Shown here: positions 30,308 through 41,749 of the stretch, piece after piece
Layout: every line of letters begins with the position of its first letter
Numbering within the stretch: position 1 is the first letter of the stretch
Assembly: GCA_002404755.1 (NCBI GenBank)
Contig: DHKI01000032.1
Location: 43,039-107,038, forward strand
DNA: 64,000 bases
Direction of reading: 5' to 3'
Source: Clostridiales bacterium UBA4698
Lineage (GTDB): Bacteria; Bacillota; Clostridia; TANB77; UBA1234
Notes under the pieces: model-generated
Databases searched by the model: none
Told to the model about the DNA's origin: nothing
What the model saw: only the letters and a program-made list of their open reading frames with translations
Translations under genes and position numbers: made by a program

Positions 30308-30775
30308 ATGGAGGAATATGAATATAGTTTTGAGGTTGCTGGAATTGAACCATATATAGAATATTGTGAGAAAAATTCTTATAAACTACGTAAATCAAAT
30401 ACACAAAAAAGAATTGTTTATGAAAATTTTTATAATAAAAATGTATTAGCGAGAATTACAACTGAAATCGAGAATAATAATGAAATCACAAAAATCGATT
30501 TTAAAAATGTTGGCAAAAATGAAAAAGATTTAAAAGTTTCGAATGAATCAATACCAATGTTAATTACATCTGAAAACATTGATATGATTGAATCTATTTT
30601 AGAGGTATTAAGATTTGAAAAAACCTCTGAGCTTAAAAGAGAAAGATATGTTTATATAAAAAATAATGTTAAGTTTGAAATAGATAAATATATTGAGCCA
30701 ATAATGAATGTTGTTGCCATAGAGGGAGAAAAGTCTTTAGTGGACAGTGTTTATCAAGAAATAAAAGAGCTTTGA
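30308..30775 (+). CDS. CYTH-like (triphosphate tunnel metalloenzyme) domain protein
   Basis: Strong RBS taggaggagtaat-ATG at 30308; the ORF track starts at 30254. N-terminal EYEYSFEV...QKRIVYENF and C-terminal RERYVYIKNNVKFEIDKY...VVAIEGE fit the CYTH pattern. Confidence 0.45.
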   Translation: MEEYEYSFEVAGIEPYIEYCEKNSYKLRKSNTQKRIVYENFYNKNVLARITTEIENNNEITKIDFKNVGKNEKDLKVSNESIPMLITSENIDMIESILEVLRFEKTSELKRERYVYIKNNVKFEIDKYIEPIMNVVAIEGEKSLVDSVYQEIKEL

Positions 30776-30790
30776 AAAGCAGTTTTGTAT

Positions 30791-30818
30791 TTGCAGTTAC
30801 CATAATTTATGGTATAAT
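30791..30818 (+). promoter_or_regulatory. Sigma-A-type promoter for queA-tgt
   Basis: TTGCAG, 16-nt spacer, TATAAT (30813-30818). Confidence 0.45.
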
Positions 30819-30912
30819 AGCAAAGAATGGTTAAATTATTGAGTGCTTTGTGCATTCTAAGATTTTGACTGTATTTCAAAATATAATTTAATTATAGATA
30901 GGATGATAAAAA

Positions 30913-31947
30913 ATGAAATTACAAGATTTTTATTATGACTTGCCAGAAGAGCTTATAGCACAACATCCAACAGAAAAAAGAGATGAGTGTAGACTACTTG
31001 TTTTAGACAAAGAAACTGGAAAAATCGAGCACAAAATTTTTAAAGATATTGTTAAGTACATATCTCCAAATGATTGCTTGGTAATAAATGAAACAAGAGT
31101 TATTCCTGCTAGGCTTTATGGCAGAAGAGAAGAAAAAGAAGAAAAAATTGAAATGCTACTTCTAAAAGATTTAGGCGATGAGAAGTGGGAGGTTCTAGTA
31201 AAACCAGGCAAGAAGTGCAAAATAGGTACAGAGCTTTTATTTGAAGCAGATGGCGAGGTTTTACTAAAAGCAAAAGTTATTGAGATTAAAGAAGATGGAA
31301 ATAGGGTTGTAAAACTTTCATATGATGGCATTTTAAATGAAATTTTAGATAAAATTGGAATAATGCCACTTCCACCATATATACATGAAAAGTTAAAAGA
31401 AAAAGAAAGCTATCAAACAGTATATAGTAAGGTTGAAGGTAGTGCTGCAGCTCCTACAGCTGGCTTACATTTTACGCCAGAATTGTTAAGTGAACTTGAG
31501 AAAAAAGGCGTAAAAATAGCTAGAGTTTTACTACATGTTGGACTTGGTACTTTTAGACCGGTAAAAGAAGAAAACATAGAAGATCACAAAATGCATTCTG
31601 AGTATTATGAAATATCTAAAGAGGCATGCGATATAATAAACGAAACAAAGAAGAATGGTGGAAGGGTAATTTGCGTTGGTACAACTTCATGTAGAACTGT
31701 TGAATCAGCAGCTGATGAGAATGGCTTTTTAAAGCCTCAGAATGGCAATACAGAGATTTTTATATATCCAGGATATAAGTTTAAGGTATTAGATTGTTTA
31801 ATAACTAATTTTCACTTGCCAGAGAGCACACTTTTAATGCTTATATCAGCACTTGCAAATAGAGAAATGATAATGAATACATATAAAGTTGCTGTCGAAG
31901 AAAAGTACAGATTTTTTAGCTTTGGAGATGCAATGTTAATTAAGTAA
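30913..31947 (+). CDS. queA: S-adenosylmethionine:tRNA ribosyltransferase-isomerase
   Basis: [19 protein letters not shown] and [10 protein letters not shown] are QueA signatures. Confidence 0.95.
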   Translation: MKLQDFYYDLPEELIAQHPTEKRDECRLLVLDKETGKIEHKIFKDIVKYISPNDCLVINETRVIPARLYGRREEKEEKIEMLLLKDLGDEKWEVLVKPGKKCKIGTELLFEADGEVLLKAKVIEIKEDGNRVVKLSYDGILNEILDKIGIMPLPPYIHEKLKEKESYQTVYSKVEGSAAAPTAGLHFTPELLSELEKKGVKIARVLLHVGLGTFRPVKEENIEDHKMHSEYYEISKEACDIINETKKNGGRVICVGTTSCRTVESAADENGFLKPQNGNTEIFIYPGYKFKVLDCLITNFHLPESTLLMLISALANREMIMNTYKVAVEEKYRFFSFGDAMLIK

Positions 31948-31979
31948 AAATGCATGAAAATCATAATTATTTAAGATGA

Positions 31980-33116
<1,137 letters not shown>

Positions 33117-33232
33117 TATGGTCATTAACAATGTTATGTTTTTAAGCGAATAATAACTTTTAATTTTCCTTGAACCTTAATTTTAGTCGTATTATAATGT
33201 TTATGTAAAAGTTTTCTTAAGGAGTGTGAAAA

Positions 33233-33574
33233 ATGGAAGTAGCAAATATTGAAAAGTACATGCCAACGGTGTATCAGGCTGAAATATTGGTGAAAAATAA
33301 TTTAGAGATGCATAGAAGACAAGGTGTGAAAGCTTTTAAAATAATACATGGCTATGGTTCTACAGGAAAAGGCGGGGCTTTAAGAACAGGAATTAGAAAT
33401 TATTTAAGCCAGCTAAAAGGAGCAAAAATAATCGCTGATTATATTCCAGGCGAAGAATGGACAGCATTTAATGAGACAACAAGAAAAGTACTAGATTTAG
33501 ATAACTCTTTTAGAAAAGATTCAGATTTGGGCCAAATGAATTCAGGTATCACAATTATTGTTATTTCGTGGTAG
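33233..33574 (+). CDS. Smr-domain protein
   Basis: IIHGYGSTGKGGALRTGIRNYL matches the Smr motif (IHGKG.G.LR). Confidence 0.45.
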   Translation: MEVANIEKYMPTVYQAEILVKNNLEMHRRQGVKAFKIIHGYGSTGKGGALRTGIRNYLSQLKGAKIIADYIPGEEWTAFNETTRKVLDLDNSFRKDSDLGQMNSGITIIVISW

Positions 33575-33610
33575 TTATAGTGATATAATAAATACAAAGG
33601 AGGAGAATAT

Positions 33611-34321
33611 ATGAAAAAATTAGTTTTGAAATTTTTAATTGTTGCTACGGTTTTATTTTCGATGTGTTCTATTTCATTTGCGGCTAGCAAAGTTATAAAA
33701 AGTGTTGCTGTTACTGACATAGATGCACCATATTCTACAGAAAAGGTATTGGATACAAAAGGCGAAGTGCCACGTAATGCCACTTATAGAATAACCGAAG
33801 TTGCTTGGAAATTGCCTGGAAATTCATCTTCTGGTTTTTATGAGGTTTCTGTTACGTTAAAGGCAAGCATTGGTTATGTTTTTGATGAAAATACTACAGG
33901 TACTATTAATAGCAAAGATATTCTAAGCAAAGAGTTAATTGACGAAGATGAGCTAAAAATAACGTATGCTTTTAAAGATGAAAAATCTGAAATAGGCTCT
34001 GCTACAACGACATTAAGACATAGAATTTTTACATATTGCGATTCGAGAATGGGTACGATAACTCCAAGTACACCTAGAGTTTTGCATGATGATACTGTTA
34101 CAATAAGTATTGTACCGAATGATGGATACAAAATAAAGGATGTTGAGGTTGACGGTGATTCTGTAGGTGCTGTTTCTGAGTACAAGTTCAGAAGAGTCAG
34201 AGAAGAACATACTATAAGAGTATACTTTGAAGAGATAAAAAAAGACGATAATAAGCAAGATACTACTACAAAGGAAAGACCTATATTAGAATTTATAAAA
34301 AAGATTCTTAGTATGTTTTAA
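33611..34321 (+). CDS. Secreted hypothetical protein (signal peptide)
   Basis: MKKLVLKFLIVATVLFSMCSISFAAS is a signal peptide; the rest is a Thr/Ser/Asp-rich beta-type sequence. Confidence 0.5.
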   Translation: MKKLVLKFLIVATVLFSMCSISFAASKVIKSVAVTDIDAPYSTEKVLDTKGEVPRNATYRITEVAWKLPGNSSSGFYEVSVTLKASIGYVFDENTTGTINSKDILSKELIDEDELKITYAFKDEKSEIGSATTTLRHRIFTYCDSRMGTITPSTPRVLHDDTVTISIVPNDGYKIKDVEVDGDSVGAVSEYKFRRVREEHTIRVYFEEIKKDDNKQDTTTKERPILEFIKKILSMF

Positions 34322-34472
34322 TTAGTACAAAAATAACCAAATTATGTAAGAAAAGCAACTTTTTTCTTTAAAGACTTGCAAAGAGTAGGCAAATATGCTA
34401 TTATATTAGAGCATGGTTATTGTAAAATAAAAATTAATATATATTTGTAATGACAAAAGAGAGGTGAAAATA

Positions 34473-34676
34473 ATGAAAGCAGGAATACATCCAGAATACA
34501 AAGAAGCTACAATTAAATGTGGTTGTGGTAACGTAATAAAAGTTGGTTCAACTAAAGAGAATATGTCAGTCGAGGTATGTTCAAAATGTCATCCATTCTA
34601 CACAGGAAATCAAAAATTCCAAGCAGCTGGTGGTAGAGTTGAACAATTTAAGAAAAAATACGGAATTAAAGACTAA
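34473..34676 (+). CDS. rpmE: 50S ribosomal protein L31
   Basis: [20 protein letters not shown]...[10 protein letters not shown]; the ORF track starts 9 nt earlier at 34464. Confidence 0.9.
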   Translation: MKAGIHPEYKEATIKCGCGNVIKVGSTKENMSVEVCSKCHPFYTGNQKFQAAGGRVEQFKKKYGIKD

Positions 34677-34792
34677 TTCTAATAAGTTTTTTACGAGTAA
34701 GGTTCAAGTTAAATCTTACTCGTTTTTTGTTGTCTTTAGTGGCAATTTATGTTAAAATATTAACTACAACAAAAAGAAAATGAGGTAATAAA

Positions 34793-37700
34793 ATGAATGA
34801 TTCTTTAATTAAAATTTTGCCTAAAATGAAAAAATTCGAGGCATATATAAATGATGTAAACAAAGATAACTTTCCAATTACTCTTTCAGGACTTTCTGAG
34901 AGTAGTAAGGCACACTTTATGTATGCTACAAGATTTTATTCAGGAAAGCCGATTTTAGTTGTTACATACAATGATATTCAACTTAAAAAGATAATAGGCG
35001 ATTTCAAATTCTTTAGTGATGAAGAGGTTCTAGTTTTTCCTAAAAAAGAGGTCGTTTATTATGATATCGATACAATGAATAAAGACGCAACAATGGACAG
35101 AATTAGCGTGTATACGAAGCTATATAACAGCGACGCTAAGGTGATTTTGACAACTGTTGAAGCACTAATGCAAAAAACAATCTCTAAAGATGAGCTTTTT
35201 TCGAGAGTACTTCAACTAGAAGTTGGTAAACAATTTAAGCTAGAAGAACTAAAAGAAAACCTTACATACCTTGGATACGAGAGAACTGATATGGTACAAG
35301 GTAGAGGTGAATATACGGTAAGAGGAGGAATTGTAGATGTTTTTCCACTTACAACAAAAAATCCTATAAGAATAGAGTTTTGGGGCGATGAGATTGATTC
35401 AATAAGAGTATTTGATGTAGAATCTCAAAGAACAGTTGATACAATAAGAGATATCAGTATTTTTCCAGCAGAAGAGTTTTTGATAGACACTTCAAAACTT
35501 GAGGATATAGGAAATAGCATATTAAAAAAATATCCGGATGAATTAGAAGATGTAGAAGTTATAAAGCATGGTAATTATTTAACTAAGATAGATAAGTACT
35601 TTGAATTTTTCTATCAAAAGACATCAACTCTACTAGATTATATAGGCAAAGACGCAATTGTGTTTGTTGACGAACCTACAAGAATTATTTCTAAAGCACA
35701 ATCTGTTGAGTTTGAAAATAACGAAATAATAAAACAACTTATGGATAAAGGCAAGGTTGTTCCAAGTTATACAAAGTCTATGCTTAATTATGCAGACGTA
35801 GAGGAAAGCCTTGAAAAGAAAAATTTAATCAATCTAGAAAGAATTGATGGAAATACGCATGCAAAAAGAAACGGATACAGTTTTAACTGTAGGGAGGTTA
35901 ACTTTTTTCGTGGTTCAATGGATATATTTATTCAGGAAGTTGAAGAGTGTCGAGAGAAAGAAAAGATAGTAGTAATACTTGGAGGAACAGTATCAAAGGC
36001 TAGAGGCATAGCTACGATGCTTTTAGAGCACAAGATCAATGCGGTATTTTTAGAAAAAATAGATGACAATATGTTTAACAACAAGCAAGTAATTGTCATA
36101 CCAGGAATGCTTTCAGAGGGCTTTGAGTATACCGATTTAGGACTTGTAATAGCAACAGGTGAATTTACAACGATAAAAGAAAGCAGAAGATCTTATAAAC
36201 CAGTAGCATTCAAACAAGGCAAGAAAGTTGTTTTTGCTGATTTGAATGTTGGTGATTATGTTGTTCATAGTGTTCATGGAATTGGACAGTATATGGGCAT
36301 AAAAACTCTTGTGGTTGATAATGTTAAACAAGATTATATAATGATTAGATATAAAGATGACGCAATGCTTTATATTAAAACTAATCAGCTGGATTCGATT
36401 AGAAAATATATGAGTGATAGCGACAATCCACCTAAGCTAAATAAAATGGGCAGTAAAGAATTTGCTAATATAAAAGCAAAGGTTAAAGCATCATTAAAAG
36501 ATATTGCCAAAGGACTTATTGAACTATATGCCAAAAGAAAGAATGCCGTTGGCTATGCCTTTTCAAAAGATACCGTTTGGCAAAACGAATTCGAAGAAGC
36601 ATTTCCATATCAAGAAACAGATGACCAACTGCGTTGCATAGAAGAAGTGAAAACTGATATGGAGAAAACGCAACCGATGGATAGACTTCTTTGCGGTGAT
36701 GTTGGATACGGAAAAACAGAGGTGGCAATTCGTGCGGCATTTAAAGCTGTTATGGATAGCAAACAAGTTGCCTATTTAGTTCCAACCACTGTCTTGGCGG
36801 AGCAGCAATATAAATCTTTTAGTGAGAGAATGAAAAACTTCCCTATAAGGTTAGATGTTTTAGATAGATTTAGAACTCCAAAAGAAAAGTCAAACATAAT
36901 AAAAAAGACAAAGAATGGTGAACTAGACATTATAATAGGAACTCATAGTTTGCTTCAAAAAGATATGGAGTTTAAAGATTTAGGTCTTTTAATAATAGAT
37001 GAGGAGCAACGTTTTGGCGTTACACAAAAAGAAAAAATAAAGAAGCTAAAAAACAATGTGGATGTTTTAACTATGACTGCAACACCAATTCCAAGAACAA
37101 TGCACATGTCTATTGTTGGAATAAGAGATATGAGTGTAATTTATGAGCCTCCACAGAATAGAAGACCAATTCAAACATATGTGTTAGAGTATGATGAAGA
37201 GGTTATAAAAGAGGCAATTATAAAAGAGATTGAAAGAGGCGGACAAATATTTTATTTGTATAATAGAGTTGAAGGCATCGAAAGAAAAGCAAGCGAAATA
37301 TCAAAACTTGTTCCAGAGGCAAGAGTAGCTTTTGCACATGGTCAGATGACAAGTAATCAACTTGAAAATATAATGAAAGATTTTGTTGATGGAAATGTAG
37401 ATGTTATTATATGTACAACAATATTAGAGTCAGGAATAGATATTCCAAATGCTAACACAATAATTGTTGAAGACGCAGATAGACTCGGACTTGCACAGCT
37501 TTATCAAATAAGAGGTCGTGTTGGTAGAAGCGATAAAGTAGCATATGCATACATCACATATAGAAGAAATAAGGTGCTTTCAGAAGTTTCAGAAAAAAGA
37601 TTAAAAGCAATAAAAGAATTTACAGAGTTTGGTTCAGGATTTAAAATCGCACTTCGAGACTTAGAAATAAGAGGAGCAGGAAATATTTTAGGACCAGAAC

Positions 37701-38239
37701 AACATGGACATATGGATGCTGTTGGCTATGAGATGTATTGTAAACTTCTTGATGAAACAGTAAAAGAATTACAAGGAGAAAAAGTTGTTGAAGAAGTTGA
37801 TACACAAATAGATTTGAAAGTTACAGCATATATTCCAAATGATTATATAGAAAATCAAAATCAAAAAATTGAGACATATCAAGATATTGCAAACCTAGAA
37901 AAAGAAGAGCAAATTAGTGAGATTATCGATGAGTTAATTGATAGATTTGGCGAAATACCAACAGAAGTTACAAACTTAATCGAAATAGCAAGAATAAAGA
38001 TATTAGCAAGAAGCCTAAAGATATTAAGTATAATTCAAAAACAAGATAATGTTGTAATTCAATTTAGCGAAGATGGAAATAATATTGCAGATAAAGTTCA
38101 AATATTAATTGATTTATACAAAAATAAAATATTTTTCTCAGGTGCCGGAGCACCATATATAACTTTAAAGTTGCAAAGCAAAAAAGATAGTGATATATTA
38201 GATGAGGTGTATAAATTATTAAACATATTGAAAGGATGA
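34793..38239 (+). CDS. mfd: Transcription-repair coupling factor
   Basis: 1148 aa with UvrB-homology N-terminus, RNAP-interaction domain, helicase motifs GDVGYGKTEVA, DEEQRFG and RGRVGRS, and a TRG motif. Confidence 0.95.
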   Translation: MNDSLIKILPKMKKFEAYINDVNKDNFPITLSGLSESSKAHFMYATRFYSGKPILVVTYNDIQLKKIIGDFKFFSDEEVLVFPKKEVVYYDIDTMNKDATMDRISVYTKLYNSDAKVILTTVEALMQKTISKDELFSRVLQLEVGKQFKLEELKENLTYLGYERTDMVQGRGEYTVRGGIVDVFPLTTKNPIRIEFWGDEIDSIRVFDVESQRTVDTIRDISIFPAEEFLIDTSKLEDIGNSILKKYPDELEDVEVIKHGNYLTKIDKYFEFFYQKTSTLLDYIGKDAIVFVDEPTRIISKAQSVEFENNEIIKQLMDKGKVVPSYTKSMLNYADVEESLEKKNLINLERIDGNTHAKRNGYSFNCREVNFFRGSMDIFIQEVEECREKEKIVVILGGTVSKARGIATMLLEHKINAVFLEKIDDNMFNNKQVIVIPGMLSEGFEYTDLGLVIATGEFTTIKESRRSYKPVAFKQGKKVVFADLNVGDYVVHSVHGIGQYMGIKTLVVDNVKQDYIMIRYKDDAMLYIKTNQLDSIRKYMSDSDNPPKLNKMGSKEFANIKAKVKASLKDIAKGLIELYAKRKNAVGYAFSKDTVWQNEFEEAFPYQETDDQLRCIEEVKTDMEKTQPMDRLLCGDVGYGKTEVAIRAAFKAVMDSKQVAYLVPTTVLAEQQYKSFSERMKNFPIRLDVLDRFRTPKEKSNIIKKTKNGELDIIIGTHSLLQKDMEFKDLGLLIIDEEQRFGVTQKEKIKKLKNNVDVLTMTATPIPRTMHMSIVGIRDMSVIYEPPQNRRPIQTYVLEYDEEVIKEAIIKEIERGGQIFYLYNRVEGIERKASEISKLVPEARVAFAHGQMTSNQLENIMKDFVDGNVDVIICTTILESGIDIPNANTIIVEDADRLGLAQLYQIRGRVGRSDKVAYAYITYRRNKVLSEVSEKRLKAIKEFTEFGSGFKIALRDLEIRGAGNILGPEQHGHMDAVGYEMYCKLLDETVKELQGEKVVEEVDTQIDLKVTAYIPNDYIENQNQKIETYQDIANLEKEEQISEIIDELIDRFGEIPTEVTNLIEIARIKILARSLKILSIIQKQDNVVIQFSEDGNNIADKVQILIDLYKNKIFFSGAGAPYITLKLQSKKDSDILDEVYKLLNILKG

Positions 38240-38248
38240 TTGTAGATT

Positions 38249-39298
38249 ATGGATAAAAAGACAGGAATTATTATAGGAATCATAACTGCTGTAATAGTTG
38301 TTTTAGTAGCAGTTGTATTTGTTATGGAAGGAAAAACAGAAAAAGTAGATAGCAATGTAATTTTAACATTGAACGGAGAAAATTATACTGTTGATGAGTT
38401 CAATATCTTTTCAAAGCTTACTAATGATGAATCAGATGACATCAATAAAAAGATGACAGAAGATGAAGTGGTAACTATGATGAACAATTTTATAATTAGA
38501 AAGATATATAATGACTCTGCTAAAAATCATGATGTTACTTTAGAAAGCGGAGATATGGAAAAATTTAATCAAGATTATGATAGTGATGCAGAGAAATATT
38601 TAAGCGTTAATATTTCAAAAGATGATTATATAAAATATCAAACAGAAAAGAGCTTGGCACAAAATTTAAAATATAATCTTTCAGACTATTATGAATTGCC
38701 AGTTGAAACATATAATTCAATAGTTGATAACTTCAAGGAAAATGATATGTATAAATCATATTCTTTTAGAATGATGACAATACCATACGAAGAGCCAAAG
38801 TCAGGCGATGAAGCTACAAGCGGAGATGTTGCTACAAGTGGTGATAGCGGAGAAAAAGAAGACTTATCAAGAGAAGCACAAATTAAAGTTGCTGAAACTG
38901 TTTTAGCAAAAATAAGATCGGGAGAAGACTTTGAAACTTTAGCAAAAGAATATGGCTCAATGAGACTTTCTTTTAAAGGTAAAGATTATACTCTAGTAAA
39001 TGGCGATATCGAGTATGCTACAAGTCCTTTACTTTCAAGCAAGCTAGGAAATGAAGATTTGTATAAAGCAGTACTTGAACTAAATAGCGGAGATACAACA
39101 GATGTAATAGAGGACAAAGATTATACATCTTTCCAAATAGTAAAAGTTGAAGCAGTTGAGGATGGTTTTGTAGGCGAAGCTCAAAAAGAGTTAAAAGAAG
39201 TTTTGTTAAATGAATATGCAGATGATATTGTTTCTACAGGTGCTAATTATGAAGTAAATCAAGGTACTTTCATGAGAACTGTATATAGCAATATATAG
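38249..39298 (+). CDS. Membrane-anchored PrsA/SurA-like protein with a degenerate PpiC (parvulin) domain
   Basis: N-terminal TM helix; C-terminal KIRSGEDFETLAKEYGS... fits a parvulin domain but lacks GGDLG. An SGDEATSGDVATSGDSGE acidic repeat is present. Confidence 0.45.
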   Translation: MDKKTGIIIGIITAVIVVLVAVVFVMEGKTEKVDSNVILTLNGENYTVDEFNIFSKLTNDESDDINKKMTEDEVVTMMNNFIIRKIYNDSAKNHDVTLESGDMEKFNQDYDSDAEKYLSVNISKDDYIKYQTEKSLAQNLKYNLSDYYELPVETYNSIVDNFKENDMYKSYSFRMMTIPYEEPKSGDEATSGDVATSGDSGEKEDLSREAQIKVAETVLAKIRSGEDFETLAKEYGSMRLSFKGKDYTLVNGDIEYATSPLLSSKLGNEDLYKAVLELNSGDTTDVIEDKDYTSFQIVKVEAVEDGFVGEAQKELKEVLLNEYADDIVSTGANYEVNQGTFMRTVYSNI

Positions 39299-39441
39299 AA
39301 TATAATTAAGTCCTTAATAAAATTCAAAGATAACATAAAAAATTTGTTGCAACATTTGAGTTTTATTTAGGACTAATTTATTTTTCAAAAGAATAACTTT
39401 ACTAGCAGAACTTTACATTGATAATGATGAGGAGGAGTATT

Positions 39442-40194
39442 ATGATTATAAGTAAGACGAATGAATATATAAAACACGTAAAATCATTGTCTGAAAAGAA
39501 ATATAGAGACGAGTATGAAGAATATGTGGTTGAAGGTATAAAATTAGTTAATGAGGCAATAGAAGAAAAGTTGAATATAAAAAAGATTTTGATATGTAAA
39601 GAATTATGTAGCAAGGAGTTTGATTTTGAAAATGTTGAGTATGTATCAGAGCAAGTATTTAAATACATTAGTGATACAGAAACTCCGCAGGGAGTTATGG
39701 CAATTATAGAAAAGAAGAGCTTTAGCGGAGAATATGGAAGAATAGTTTTTGCATTAGATAATTTAAGTGATCCTGGAAATTTAGGAACAATAATTAGAAC
39801 ATTAGATTCTGCAGGAATAGATTCTTTGGTACTTTCTAAAGGCTCTGCTGATTTGTATAATCCTAAAGTTGTAAGAAGCACGATGGGTGCTATCTTCAGA
39901 ATTGATGCGGAATACACAGAAAATTTACAAAGTAAATTGTTGAACCTAAAAGAGCAAGGTTATAAAATTATAGTTACGTCTTTGCAGGCTGACAAGTATA
40001 TTTACGCTTTGCCTTTTAAAGAAAAATGTGTTGTTGTTATTGGAAATGAATCAAAAGGCGTAAGTGAAAAAATAATGGGAATAGCTGATATAAAAACTAA
40101 AATACCAATGCTTGGCAGAACTGAAAGTTTGAATGCGGCGGTAGCTGCAAGTATTATGGCTTATGAAGCTGTTAGACAGAATTTTGTCGGATAA
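39442..40194 (+). CDS. TrmH-family RNA 2'-O-methyltransferase
   Basis: GGAGGAG RBS; NPGNLGTIIRTLDSAGI, IGNESKGVS and SLNAAVAASI motifs. Confidence 0.8.
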   Translation: MIISKTNEYIKHVKSLSEKKYRDEYEEYVVEGIKLVNEAIEEKLNIKKILICKELCSKEFDFENVEYVSEQVFKYISDTETPQGVMAIIEKKSFSGEYGRIVFALDNLSDPGNLGTIIRTLDSAGIDSLVLSKGSADLYNPKVVRSTMGAIFRIDAEYTENLQSKLLNLKEQGYKIIVTSLQADKYIYALPFKEKCVVVIGNESKGVSEKIMGIADIKTKIPMLGRTESLNAAVAASIMAYEAVRQNFVG

Positions 40195-40210
40195 GGAGCG
40201 ATATTCAAAA

Positions 40211-41719
40211 ATGAAAAAATGGATTAAGAGGATTATTTTAATAGTTATTGTGGGTTTAGTTGTTTTTGCGATTTTTAATAAACCGGAAGAAACAAAAACG
40301 TATAGAACTTCACAAGTAGAGAAAGGTAATATAGAATCAGTTGTTTCTGGCAGTGGAACTTTAGTTGCAACAAAAGATCATAAGGAATATTCAAAAGTTT
40401 CTGCAGAAGTAGAAGACATATATTATGTTGAAGGAGACAAAGTCGAAAAAGATTATCCTATAATTAAGTTAGATTCTAGTAATTACGAAGCTACTGTGAA
40501 AGCACAAGAAATAGCTATAAAACAGGCAGAGCTTTCAAAACAAAATATAGAAAAACAAATAAAAGACTTAGAAATAAAATCAGAAACTGATGGATATGTA
40601 AGCAATCTTTCAATAGAAAAAGGAAGCTATGTAACAAATGCAATGGCTATCTGTAATATTGTTAAAGATGGAAGATTTAGTGTTGTTTTGCAATTCACAT
40701 ATTATGAGAATAATCCTATTTTAGTGGGCTCGAAGGCTAATATAACTCTAGTAGATAGTATGGCTACAATGACAGGTACTGTTACAAAAGTCAGTGATAT
40801 GAGAAAACTAATAGCTGGTAATGCACAAGTTGTTGATGTAACGATAGAAACTGATACAACAGGATTTTCACTAGAAGGAGCTAATGCTAAGGCTGAAATA
40901 TATAACGGCTCAATGATAATTCCTAGTGCTAACATGGCTAAGTTTACAAGCATAAATTCAAATATCGTACGTTCGAAAACAATGGGAACAGTAAAAGAAG
41001 TATATGTTAATGAAGGAAAAAGAGTTCAAAAAGGTGAGGCAATTGCACTTCTTGAAAACTCTGATTTGACAACTAATGTGCAAACTGTAAATTTGAATTT
41101 GGAGAATTTAAATAACCAATTAGCAACTATGAAAAAACAATTAGGCTATTATTTAATAAAAGCTCCTATAGCTGGAACAATTACATCACAAACTGTAGAA
41201 AAAGGTGATATGGTTGCAGCAGGTACAATGCTTACAAGTATTTCAGATAAAGATACAATGGAGTTTGTTGTGCCAATAGACGAATTAGATATTGCAAAAA
41301 TAGATTATGACCAGGAAGTAAGAGTTAAAATAGATGCACTAGAAGAAACAGAAAATAATCCTTTAATAGGTAAGATAACAGATATACCAGAAGAAGGCGT
41401 TACTGTTTCAGGAGTTACAGACTATTATGTAACAATTCAAGTGTCAGGAAATCAAAGTATGAAAATATCGATGAATGCAAATGCAGATATCGTAGTTAAT
41501 AGTGTTAAAGATGTTTTAATAGTACCTGTTGATGCGATTGTCAAAGAAAACGGAAAGAAATATGTTGATATATTGCATGATGATGGAGTTACTGTTGAAA
41601 GAAGAGAAGTTGAAACTGGTGCAAGTGATATAACTAATATTGAAGTAAAAACTGGACTTTCAGAAGGAGAAAAAGTTATAATTCCTGAAGTAAACTCTGG
41701 AATTAGTTTCTTCATGTAA
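40211..41719 (+). CDS. HlyD-family periplasmic adaptor (MacA-like efflux subunit)
   Basis: Begins MKKWIKRIILIVIVGLVVFAIF (N-terminal TM); coiled-coil and beta-barrel / lipoyl-like repeats; 502 aa. Confidence 0.75.
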   Translation: MKKWIKRIILIVIVGLVVFAIFNKPEETKTYRTSQVEKGNIESVVSGSGTLVATKDHKEYSKVSAEVEDIYYVEGDKVEKDYPIIKLDSSNYEATVKAQEIAIKQAELSKQNIEKQIKDLEIKSETDGYVSNLSIEKGSYVTNAMAICNIVKDGRFSVVLQFTYYENNPILVGSKANITLVDSMATMTGTVTKVSDMRKLIAGNAQVVDVTIETDTTGFSLEGANAKAEIYNGSMIIPSANMAKFTSINSNIVRSKTMGTVKEVYVNEGKRVQKGEAIALLENSDLTTNVQTVNLNLENLNNQLATMKKQLGYYLIKAPIAGTITSQTVEKGDMVAAGTMLTSISDKDTMEFVVPIDELDIAKIDYDQEVRVKIDALEETENNPLIGKITDIPEEGVTVSGVTDYYVTIQVSGNQSMKISMNANADIVVNSVKDVLIVPVDAIVKENGKKYVDILHDDGVTVERREVETGASDITNIEVKTGLSEGEKVIIPEVNSGISFFM

Positions 41720-41749
41720 ATAAAGTTATGTCATGGAAAGGAAAAACAA

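Noticed and set aside
34543-34755. 70-aa ORF overlapping rpmE
   Set aside because: Alternate frame of the L31 gene and its terminator region; no RBS.
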